Part shown: positions 56,148-64,000 of the stretch, piece after piece
Numbering within the stretch: the stretch's first letter is position 1
How the letters are laid out: each line of letters opens with the position of its first letter
From: Thermoplasmata archaeon
GTDB lineage: Archaea > Thermoplasmatota > Thermoplasmata > RBG-16-68-12 > JAFNFQ01
Length of the DNA stretch: 64,000 nt
Assembly (NCBI GenBank): GCA_041489255.1
Contig: JBGPQV010000006.1
Location: 32,001-96,000, forward strand
Direction of reading: 5' to 3'
Notes under the pieces: generated by a model
Database searches by the model: none
What the model saw: only the letters and a program-made list of their open reading frames with translations
Told to the model about the DNA's origin: nothing
Made by a program: the position numbers and the translations under genes

Positions 56148-57218
56148 TCAGACCTTTGCGCTCCCGCCATCGTTGACCAAGACAATCCTGTAGCGCGCTT
56201 TATTCTCCTTGACCTTCTGTATCGCCTCATTCGCCTGCGCCATCGGCATCTGCTCGACCATCGGCGCGATCTTGTGGGCTTGGGCGAAGGAGAGCACCTC
56301 CTTCATCGTGGCCCTGCTCCCGAGAAATGAACCCGTGACCGACTGCTGGTGGACCACGAGCTCCATCAGGTCCACGGATACATTTGCCGGCGGGAAGCCC
56401 ATCATGACCAGCCGCCCGTTGGTCTTGACGGTCCACAGGACGCGCGTCCAGTCGATCTCGGTATGACCGGTATACAGCACCAAGTCGAAGTTGTAATAGA
56501 GCTGCTTTATCCGCTCATTGTCTCCCGCCACGACGAAGTCGTCAGCGCCAAACCCGAGCGCCTGCTCCTTCTTCCCCGGAGACGAGGATATCACGGTCAC
56601 CTCGCAGCCGAGAGCGTGTGCAAACTGAATCGCGAGGTGACCCAGCCCGCCGACGCCGACGACGCAGACCTTGTCCGAAGGTCCCGCCTTGAATGTTCTC
56701 AGCGGAGAATAGACGGTGACACCCGCGCAGAGGAGGACCGCTCCGACCTCCGATGGCATGCTCTCGGGCAGAGGATAGACGAACCTGGCGTCCGCCGTGA
56801 CGGACGACGCGAAGCCGCCATGGGGGGCCCAGACGCCGTTCTTCTCTACATCCTTGCAGAGCTGCTCCTCACCCTTCAGGCACCACTCGCACTTCATGCA
56901 CGAGCGGCCTTGCCACCCCATGCCCACCCTGTCCCCCACCCTCAGCCCCGCCACCGCGGAGCCGACCTCGGAGACGTGGCCGACGACCTCATGGCCGGGC
57001 ACGAAGGGGAAGGATGTGATCCCGTAGAAGTCGTCGATGGCGTGGATGTCGCTGAAGCAGATGCCGCAATGCGTGACGGAGACACGGACCTCGTGCTCCT
57101 TCAGTTCTGGCGGGTCGTAGGTGAACGGCTCCAATTGCCGCCCTTTCGCCATCGCCGCGAACCCGTGGACGGCACCGGGACGCGTCCGCAGAGTTTCCTT
57201 CTCTCGATTCATGCCCAT
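56148..57218 (-). CDS. Zn-dependent alcohol/aldehyde dehydrogenase (CAD/Ahr-like)
   Basis: CGICFSD, PGHEVVG, CMKCEWCLKGEEQLC, LLCAGVTVYSPL, GVGGLGHLA. Confidence 0.95.
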   Translation of the reverse strand: MGMNREKETLRTRPGAVHGFAAMAKGRQLEPFTYDPPELKEHEVRVSVTHCGICFSDIHAIDDFYGITSFPFVPGHEVVGHVSEVGSAVAGLRVGDRVGMGWQGRSCMKCEWCLKGEEQLCKDVEKNGVWAPHGGFASSVTADARFVYPLPESMPSEVGAVLLCAGVTVYSPLRTFKAGPSDKVCVVGVGGLGHLAIQFAHALGCEVTVISSSPGKKEQALGFGADDFVVAGDNERIKQLYYNFDLVLYTGHTEIDWTRVLWTVKTNGRLVMMGFPPANVSVDLMELVVHQQSVTGSFLGSRATMKEVLSFAQAHKIAPMVEQMPMAQANEAIQKVKENKARYRIVLVNDGGSAKV

Positions 57219-57311
57219 GCCCTGCAGAATCCTCCATGGCCTATTTCTAACTAGTGAGAGCCAAAGGCAGGATTCGTTTCCTCCATGATTTGAAGCGGGA
57301 TAGCGTCCTAA

Positions 57312-58040
57312 TCACAAAGCTGCCCAAAGCGCGAAGGCAGCAACAAGGATGTCGAGTCCTGCACAGACTATGAGGGTCAGCCGCTCTCTCGGCAAAAGAC
57401 ATCGATAGAAGTACTTGGTTGGTGGGTGTGCCGGTGTACTGCCCTTACGACTTCCCTGCCAAAGGATAGCCAAGGCAAAACCTCCTAGCGCCAGGAGGAT
57501 GATGGCCACGCCTGTGTATGTCCGCCTGTCAGGATTCACGACGAGGAACATGAAACCGAAGAGCGGGGCATATAGTGTGACAATCCATGTCAGGGACACT
57601 ACGGAAACAGGGGGAGGAAGGAGTCCCTGACTTCTCACAGAGACAGAGCAAATGAGTTCGACTATGAGGAATAGAGCCGAGTAGTTGAAACCTGAGATGA
57701 AAAGAAGACCGCTGATTGCATCCAGTGGAAGGGCAGAAGCACACATCATGACAAGCCCAGGCGCGACCCTGACGAGCGCAGATCGTCCCGGATGTGATAG
57801 GAACCGTCCATTGGAAATATCGCATTGCGTCCACCGAGCAAGGGAAATGCCCGTTGTTATCATGCACACGATGCCTGAGAATATCACAAGGAGGAACCAA
57901 TTCCCGATGTCCGGAATCCCTACGTCTATGAGCGCGGAGGCGCCGATGAACACTGCGTAGGTCCCAATCGACATCATGCCCCATCGACGGGAGCTCTTTG
58001 CATAATCCTCCGGCGAACGCATCTGGATGACGCATCTCAT
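57312..58040 (-). CDS. Multi-pass membrane protein
   Basis: About seven hydrophobic helices. Confidence 0.7.
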   Translation of the reverse strand: MRCVIQMRSPEDYAKSSRRWGMMSIGTYAVFIGASALIDVGIPDIGNWFLLVIFSGIVCMITTGISLARWTQCDISNGRFLSHPGRSALVRVAPGLVMMCASALPLDAISGLLFISGFNYSALFLIVELICSVSVRSQGLLPPPVSVVSLTWIVTLYAPLFGFMFLVVNPDRRTYTGVAIILLALGGFALAILWQGSRKGSTPAHPPTKYFYRCLLPRERLTLIVCAGLDILVAAFALWAAL

Positions 58041-58115
58041 GCGAACTTCTTAAAACCACCGTGAACCCGCAGAAGTGCCAAGGTATGTCGGACTTCCCTT
58101 TTCTCTGGAGAGAAG

Positions 58116-58232
58116 CGCCCAGGGCAGGATTCGAACCTGCGAGGCCTTTCGGCCAGTAGCTTGCTCGGTGCCGCCGGATTCCGGCTCGACACGCTCGAAG
58201 CTACCGCCTTGACCGGGCTAGGCTACCTGGGC
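58116..58232 (-). tRNA. tRNA-Ser(CGA) with 32-nt canonical 37/38 intron (58162-58193)
   Basis: GCCCAGG/CCTGGGC acceptor; GTAGC-TTCGAG|A-GCTAC anticodon arm; long variable arm GGCCGAAAGGCC; GCAGG-TTCGAAT-CCTGC T arm; BHB at the junctions. Confidence 0.93.
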
Positions 58233-58306
58233 ACCCGCGCCCGCAATCCCCGCCAATCTCTTAACCGTATCGCCCGCAGGGGTTTTCTACCGCCAATGCA
58301 TCACCT

Positions 58307-58519
58307 ATGACGATGAAGGTCAGCGTGGAATTCTTTCCCCAGAGGCGGGAGATCATCATGGAGCTCCCTGCCCGATCGAACGGCCACGACCTGATGAAAT
58401 CTCTGCTCATCGCCCCGGATGTCCACATCCTCGCTCGCGACGACATCCCAATTCCGATTGACGAGGAATTGCGGGAGGGAGACCGCATCCGCGTCATCGC
58501 GGTCGTGTCTGGCGGTTGA
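58307..58519 (+). CDS. Ubiquitin-like sulfur carrier (ThiS/MoaD/SAMP)
   Basis: 70 aa, LREGDRIRVIAVVSGG C-terminal diglycine. Confidence 0.9.
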   Translation: MTMKVSVEFFPQRREIIMELPARSNGHDLMKSLLIAPDVHILARDDIPIPIDEELREGDRIRVIAVVSGG

Positions 58520-58597
58520 GCGCCATCTCCCTCATGAAGCGGCAATCGACCTTTCCGCAAATGTTTATCTACAACAGAGCTTTCCGACTCAAATCGT

Positions 58598-59920
58598 ATG
58601 CAATCAGATGAGAGGGCGATGCTGGATGCTCTAGGCATCGCCTCGGTCGACGAGCTGTTCAAGGACATACCCGAGAGCGTCAGGATCAACGGCCTAACGC
58701 TTCCCGCGGGAATCTCAGAGGCTGAGGTTGTCGCGAAGGTCAAGAAGGTTCTCGGGGCCAACAAGACCCCGGAGAAGCTGCCCTCGTTCCTCGGAGCGGG
58801 AATCTACGATCATTTCATCCCTGCGGCGGTGAGGGCGATACAGTCGCGGTCGGAGTTCTACACCAGCTACACCCCATATCAACCCGAGATCAGCCAGGGC
58901 ATCCTGCAGGCGCTCTTCGAGTACCAGAGCATGATGTGCGAGCTGACAGGCATGGATGCCGCGAACACGTCGATGTACGACTGGGCGACCGCCCTGGGCG
59001 AGGCCGCCCTGATGGCGCACAGGATCCACGGCGGCAAGGAGTTCGTCGTTGGCAGGGCGATGGGGCACGAGAGGCTGCAAGTCCTCAGGAGCTACTCCTC
59101 CGGGGTCGGCCTGAAGATCAAGATGGTCGAGTTCGACGCGAACACCGGACAGCTCGACCTCGATATGCTGAAGTCGCAGGTCGGACCGGATACCTGCGGC
59201 GTCTACTTCGAGAACCCGAACTTCTTTGGTGTGTTCGAGGAAAAGGTGGACGAGATCAGGAGTCTGGTGCCCTCCGTCCTCGTCGTCGGCGCGAACCCCC
59301 TTTCACTCGCGATCACCAAGCCGCCGGGCGAATACGGCGCCGACATCGTCATCGGGGAGGGACAGGGCCTCGGGAACCCGCCGAGCTACGGCGGTCCCCT
59401 CCTCGGAGTCTTCGCCGTCAAGAAGGAGCACATCAGGGCTATGCCGGGCAGGATCATAGGCATGACGAACGACGCGAAGGGAAAACGAGCATTCTGCATG
59501 ACCCTCCAGACCAGAGAGCAGCACATCAGGAGGCAGAAGGCGACCAGTAACATCTGCACGAATGAAGCCCTCGTCTCCATCGCGTCAACCGCTTACATAG
59601 CCGCCCTCGGCGGGAGCGGGCTCAGGAAGCTCGCGGTTGAGAACATGACCGCCGCCAGGGACCTGGCCAGGAACATCAACCACCTGAGGCGCTTCAAGGC
59701 CCCGATGTTCAAGAGCGCTCACTTCAACGAGTTCACTGTCCGCTCGAAGATCCCCTACTCGCGCGTGCACAGGGAGCTGCTGAGGCGGGGCCTGCATGGC
59801 GGGCTCTCCCTCGAGGACAGGTTCCCCGAGCTGGGACACGTCGCCCTGTTCGCGACGACCGACGTTCACGGAGAGAACGAGAGAGAGAGGATCGTCAAGG
59901 CGCTGGGGGCGATCGAGTGA
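58598..59920 (+). CDS. gcvPA: Glycine dehydrogenase (decarboxylating) subunit 1
   Basis: SFLGAGIYDH, YTPYQPEISQG, TREQHIRRQKATSNICTN. Confidence 0.97.
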   Translation: MQSDERAMLDALGIASVDELFKDIPESVRINGLTLPAGISEAEVVAKVKKVLGANKTPEKLPSFLGAGIYDHFIPAAVRAIQSRSEFYTSYTPYQPEISQGILQALFEYQSMMCELTGMDAANTSMYDWATALGEAALMAHRIHGGKEFVVGRAMGHERLQVLRSYSSGVGLKIKMVEFDANTGQLDLDMLKSQVGPDTCGVYFENPNFFGVFEEKVDEIRSLVPSVLVVGANPLSLAITKPPGEYGADIVIGEGQGLGNPPSYGGPLLGVFAVKKEHIRAMPGRIIGMTNDAKGKRAFCMTLQTREQHIRRQKATSNICTNEALVSIASTAYIAALGGSGLRKLAVENMTAARDLARNINHLRRFKAPMFKSAHFNEFTVRSKIPYSRVHRELLRRGLHGGLSLEDRFPELGHVALFATTDVHGENERERIVKALGAIE

Positions 59921-61374
59921 AGTACCGGCAGGCGTACTTCGACGAGCCGCTGCTCTTCGAGAAGTTCGACGGAGAGACGGAGCCGCTGCCGGAAGGCCTC
60001 GTCCCCAAGGCGCTTGAGCGCAAGTCCCTCGAGCTGCCGAACATCCCCGAGAACGACGTCGTAAGGCACTTCGTCAGGCTCTCCGAGATGAGCTTCGGCA
60101 TCGACACGGGATTCTACCCTCTGGGCTCCTGCACGATGAAGTACAACCCCAAGTTCACGGAGGAGCTCGCGGCGCTGCCGGAGGCTTCGAGGATCCACCC
60201 CTGCCAGGACGAGTCAACGGTCCAGGGCGCGCTCCGCCTGATGTACGAGCTTCAGCAGATGCTCAGGTCGATCGCGGGCATGGACGCCGTCACCCTGCAG
60301 CCCGCCGCCGGAGCCGCCGGCGAGTTCACCGGGCTCCTGTTGGCCAAGGCGTATCACGAGGACAGGGGCGAGCAGAGGACTCAGGTAATCGTCCCCGACA
60401 CGGCCCACGGCACCAACTTCGCGTCAGCGGCGATGGCGGGCTACGAGGTCGTGGAGATACCGAGCAAGGAAGGCCTGGTGGACCTTGACGCCCTGAAGAC
60501 CGCCCTCAATTCGAAGACGCTCGCCTTCATGCTCACCAACCCGAACACCCTCGGCATCTTCGAGCCGGAGATCCTGGAGATAGCGGACACCGTCCACGAT
60601 TCAGGCGCCCTCATCTATTACGACGGCGCGAACCTCAACGCGATCATGGGCAAGACCTCACCAGGCAGGATGAACTTCGACATTGTCCACTTCAACCTGC
60701 ACAAGACATTCGCGACTCCCCATGGCGGCGGCGGGCCCGGCGCGGGTCCCGTCGGCGTGAAGGAGCCCCTCGAATCATACTTGCCAGTGCCAGTGATCAG
60801 GCAGGACGGCAACGAGTTCAAACTCGACTACGACAAGCCCAAGACGATAGGCAAGGTGCACTCGTGGTACGGCAACTTCGGGATGTTCGTCCGCGCCTAC
60901 GCGTACATCCTGCGCATGGGCGGGGACGGGCTCACGAAAGCGTCCGAGCGGGCCGTACTCAACGCGAACTACCTCAGATTCAGGCTGCAGAAGGTCCTCG
61001 ACTTACCTTACCAGGAGCTCAGGAAGCACGAGTTCGTGCTGAGCTGCGCGAAGCTCAAGGAGAGGGGGCTGAGGGCGGCGGACGTGGCGAAGAGGCTCAT
61101 GGACTTCGGCTTCCACCCGCCGACTGTCTACTTCCCCCACCTGGTCGACGAGGCGCTGATGATCGAACCGACCGAGACCGAGAGCAAGGAGACGCTGGAC
61201 TCCTTCGCGGATGCGATCGATGTGATTCTGACCGAGAGTCCGGACGTGCTGAAATCCGCACCGCACAACACGGCGGTCTCCCGCGTCGATGAGGTCCTGG
61301 CGGCGAGGAACCCGATCCTGAGCTGGCGGATGTGGCAGGAGCAGAAGAAGGCTGGCGGCGAAAAGCCGCAGTAG
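59917..61374 (+). CDS. gcvPB: Glycine dehydrogenase (decarboxylating) subunit 2
   Basis: YPLGSCTMKYNPK, HFNLHKTFATPHGGGGPG, MIEPTETESKE. Confidence 0.97.
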   Translation: MKYRQAYFDEPLLFEKFDGETEPLPEGLVPKALERKSLELPNIPENDVVRHFVRLSEMSFGIDTGFYPLGSCTMKYNPKFTEELAALPEASRIHPCQDESTVQGALRLMYELQQMLRSIAGMDAVTLQPAAGAAGEFTGLLLAKAYHEDRGEQRTQVIVPDTAHGTNFASAAMAGYEVVEIPSKEGLVDLDALKTALNSKTLAFMLTNPNTLGIFEPEILEIADTVHDSGALIYYDGANLNAIMGKTSPGRMNFDIVHFNLHKTFATPHGGGGPGAGPVGVKEPLESYLPVPVIRQDGNEFKLDYDKPKTIGKVHSWYGNFGMFVRAYAYILRMGGDGLTKASERAVLNANYLRFRLQKVLDLPYQELRKHEFVLSCAKLKERGLRAADVAKRLMDFGFHPPTVYFPHLVDEALMIEPTETESKETLDSFADAIDVILTESPDVLKSAPHNTAVSRVDEVLAARNPILSWRMWQEQKKAGGEKPQ

Positions 61375-61379
61375 CCCAT

Positions 61380-62024
61380 CTAGAGGATTCCGAGACTGCT
61401 GATGAGCTTCTTCGCCCAAGCGAGTTTTCGCAGCTTGACCTCGGGGTTCTCGTCCTTGGGGCTCGGGTGCTCGAAGTCGAAGCCAAGGAGCCGTATCTTT
61501 GACGCACCGAAGTGATTCGCTAGGAATACGGCTCTGTCCCCGTCTGTGAACCCGCCGAAGTCGTAGACTCGGGAGAACGGGCGGCTCTGGGTCGTGGCCA
61601 TCACCCGGCCTCTGAACAACGGCGCCCAGCGACGGATTGCGGGGATGTTGTCCCCGTGAGCGTGGATCACCACGATAGCTCCTTTCACGTTCGCCTTGAT
61701 CTGGTCCTTCACATCGCCGTCGAGGTCGGTGACTACTATGTCTGGCCCGAAGCCAGCCTGCATCGCGACGCTTGCGGCTTCATCAGCCGCGACCAGAATC
61801 CCCTCGTGCCCCGCAATCTCGTCCTTCAACGAAGGTCCATTCCCCGCCACGAAGACCTCCTGGCCTCTCAGCATCTTCTCGAGTACGCGCGGTTCGACAC
61901 GAGCGCCCGCCAGAGTCTCATCCAATATCCGTGCGGCTCGCTCATCAGCCTCGCGGCTGTAGCCGAATTCCCTCAGTATGTCGACATAATGCGGCTCCCA
62001 GTCCTTGAAGTCCATGACAAACAC
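61380..62024 (-). CDS. mptE: 6-hydroxymethyl-7,8-dihydropterin pyrophosphokinase (DUF115)
   Basis: AGNGPSL, VVTDLDG, IHAHGDN, FGGFTDGDRA, KLRKLAWA. Confidence 0.93.
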   Translation of the reverse strand: MFVMDFKDWEPHYVDILREFGYSREADERAARILDETLAGARVEPRVLEKMLRGQEVFVAGNGPSLKDEIAGHEGILVAADEAASVAMQAGFGPDIVVTDLDGDVKDQIKANVKGAIVVIHAHGDNIPAIRRWAPLFRGRVMATTQSRPFSRVYDFGGFTDGDRAVFLANHFGASKIRLLGFDFEHPSPKDENPEVKLRKLAWAKKLISSLGIL

Positions 62025-62030
62025 GCCTTC

Positions 62031-63134
62031 TCAGTGCCGCCAGGTGTCCTCAGAGGGCACTTCTCGCTCGCTCGTGCGGTAGGATATCATCCCCGCCACC
62101 GCAATGAAGATCGCGAGGGACGTGGCGATGAGTATCAGGGTGAGGCTGCTCGACGGGTTCTTCATGCCGAGCCAAGCAGATAGGACGTCGAACGCGGCGA
62201 AGAAGACGAAACCCATCGCAATGAAAGTCCCCGCCACGACGAACACGTGCTTGGGCACCTTGCCCTTCCTGAAGTATGCCGTGGCGACCCTGCCCCCTTC
62301 GAATATCAGCATGGCGAGGACGAACCACCAGAGGGATGTCGCGGCGAACTGGACGAACTGCCGGCCCAGCGTCATACCGGGGATGCCTGCGGCGTCGACG
62401 CCGTTGAATATCCCCCAGAGGACGATGACGAACGCGACGCTTGTGAAGATGATCGAGACGTCCCCCGAAGCGATGTTGTTCTTGAAGTTCTCGTAGCCCT
62501 CGTTGAGCCTCCTCCGCCATTCGCTTGGGCTCCCCGAGACCCCCGACGCGAGGAAGATCAGATAGAGAGCAATAGCGCCTCCTGCAATCGATGAAGCGTA
62601 GGTGGGGCTGACGAAGTAGAGCGCGCTGAAAATCAACATGGCGAGCCCTATGGGGAAGAGTATCTTTCGCTGGACGCGCCTGTTCTTCAGCGCCTTGGCG
62701 AGCATGTAGTAGGTATTCTCGATCGCGGGGGACTGGCGGATGAAGACCCGCCTCACGTGGTCGACCCTGATCCTCGACGCGATCATGGGGAAGATGTATT
62801 CGTCCTCGGCACCGTCGCTGACCAGGAATGCGCCAGACGGCCTCGTCTCCTCGATCACCTGCTCGAGCTGCCTCGTGAGGATGCCGTCCGAGATCGTGCC
62901 GACTCGGACATCGCCAGTGATCGTCGCGACCTCGGCCTCCTTGCCGGACTTGACCAGCTCGTCATAGATCGCGATTGCGGAGAGAATCGTGTTGACATCA
63001 GCGTCCTCGGGGTCCGCGAGGCCGAGCTTCATCGCGGCGTTGAGGTTCTCCTCCCTCCCTATGAGAGGACCCTTGATTCCAGCCTTCACGCCGACGTCGT
63101 CATCCCTGTCCACGCAGAGAACGAGAGTCCTCAT
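62031..63134 (-). CDS. DUF373 family membrane protein
   Basis: LVLCVDRDDDVG.KAGI, DPEDADVN, VSDGAEDE, TM-rich C-terminal half. Confidence 0.93.
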   Translation of the reverse strand: MRTLVLCVDRDDDVGVKAGIKGPLIGREENLNAAMKLGLADPEDADVNTILSAIAIYDELVKSGKEAEVATITGDVRVGTISDGILTRQLEQVIEETRPSGAFLVSDGAEDEYIFPMIASRIRVDHVRRVFIRQSPAIENTYYMLAKALKNRRVQRKILFPIGLAMLIFSALYFVSPTYASSIAGGAIALYLIFLASGVSGSPSEWRRRLNEGYENFKNNIASGDVSIIFTSVAFVIVLWGIFNGVDAAGIPGMTLGRQFVQFAATSLWWFVLAMLIFEGGRVATAYFRKGKVPKHVFVVAGTFIAMGFVFFAAFDVLSAWLGMKNPSSSLTLILIATSLAIFIAVAGMISYRTSEREVPSEDTWRH

Positions 63135-63241
63135 CGCAAGTCACCAACTGATGGCGGGCTATTTCAAATTTGTTGTGTGGTTCTGAAACGGTTGCAGTGG
63201 CGGCAAAGAATAATATCGAGGCACGCGGTTCAAGGTGCGAC

Positions 63242-64000
63242 ATGGCTGAAGGAAATGACGAACCCACGACCGAGTGTCCGAACTGCGGAGCGCTGGTGCC
63301 AGTCGGGGCGCCTCGGTGCTTCATCTGTGAAGAGCTGATGCCGGAACCCGTCAACGCAGAGGTGAAGCCGCCGGAGCTCGCACCCGAGGAGCTGCCGTCG
63401 GTCGAGAAGGTGAAAATCGAGGCGCCACAGCCCGTTCAGGAAGAAGTGGTGAAGCTGATCGCGGAACCGGTCGTGGAAAAGCCGCCGGAGGAATTTCGCG
63501 CTCCAGTCGAAGAGGTCATCGAAGCAGCTCCCGCGGAGCTGACGCCGGCGGAGGAGAAGGCCACGAAGCTCAAGGCGGCGTATGAGGCCGGAAGGATTCC
63601 GAAGGAAGTCTACGTCGGAAATCTCAGGGCCTTGGGCATCGCAGTCCCGCCGGACCTTGAGGAACAGCCGGCTGAAGTGGAGACTCCGCCCGAGGTCCAG
63701 CCCGAGATCGCAGTCGAAGTCCCTCCAGCCATAGTGGAGGCGAAGGAGAAACCGCCGGAGGTGGGCCCTCCCGGGGTCCAGCCGGAGACCAAGATTGAAG
63801 TCCCGCCAGTCAAGGAAGAGCCTGCCCCGCCAAAGGAGGAGGAGGAGAGGCCGGCGGTTACCGCGCCAGTTGAGGAAGCCAAGGGGGCCACTCCCGCCAA
63901 GCCGAGCAACATAGAGCGGAAAGCGGCGAGGTTGAGGAAGGCGTACAAGACCGGCAGGGTCACGAAGGAACTCTACGTCGACAGCCTGAGGACTCTCGGA
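63242..64000 (+). CDS. Zn-ribbon protein with Glu/Pro-rich linkers and repeated short helical module; runs off window
   Basis: MAEGNDEPTTECPNCGALVP...CFICE; repeats KLKAAYEAGRIPKEVYVGNLRALG and ELRKAYKTGRVTKELYVDSLRTLG. Confidence 0.8.
   Translation, partial: MAEGNDEPTTECPNCGALVPVGAPRCFICEELMPEPVNAEVKPPELAPEELPSVEKVKIEAPQPVQEEVVKLIAEPVVEKPPEEFRAPVEEVIEAAPAELTPAEEKATKLKAAYEAGRIPKEVYVGNLRALGIAVPPDLEEQPAEVETPPEVQPEIAVEVPPAIVEAKEKPPEVGPPGVQPETKIEVPPVKEEPAPPKEEEERPAVTAPVEEAKGATPAKPSNIERKAARLRKAYKTGRVTKELYVDSLRTLG

Noticed and set aside
57250-58232. Island integrated at the tRNA-Ser 3' end
   Set aside because: The downstream membrane gene looks foreign, but I found no duplicated tRNA 3' end and no integrase in the window.
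36648-61374. Genome-wide TAG recoding
   Set aside because: Conserved genes (rpoE1, DUF359, rps27ae, gcvPB) end in TAG at their expected C-termini.

Overview
Archaeal chromosome segment, most likely Thermoplasmatota (Rpo7/Spt4/eS24/eS31, Rpo4/eL21/Pus10, Alba, a Sec61-beta with the GFxSxAGLIRYF motif, BHB-intron tRNAs). Positions 1-8.4 kb are the end of a virus/plasmid-like element that runs off the window. Its tightly packed minus-strand genes encode a SWIM protein, a minimal ATP-dependent DNA ligase, Ku, a MoxR AAA+/VWA/DUF6744-like trio and several tiny Zn-ribbon proteins. Every gene junction carries the same signal: a GC hairpin at the upstream stop codon, then TTTTTCGGGTGGTG, then the start codon. 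There are 16 copies of this signal. One is flipped inside a 150-bp inversion bounded by CTCGAG palindromes, and one fronts a bistable-looking RNA structure ahead of the ligase gene. Positions 8.4-36.5 kb are accessory DNA: an rpa fragment, GrpB, a HEPN protein, a 3399-aa Ca-binding surface protein with an orphan duplicate fragment (polymorphic-toxin-like layout), a 1102-aa surface protein, an ABC-type ATPase and a SIR2 protein. Positions 36.6-64 kb are mostly housekeeping genes. That part also holds a 1.45-kb insertion flanked by 15-bp direct repeats at the spt4 3' end, an amber-interrupted flavodoxin, a tRNA-Arg with a T-loop intron and a candidate ncRNA. All family calls come from motif recognition by eye, not database searches.
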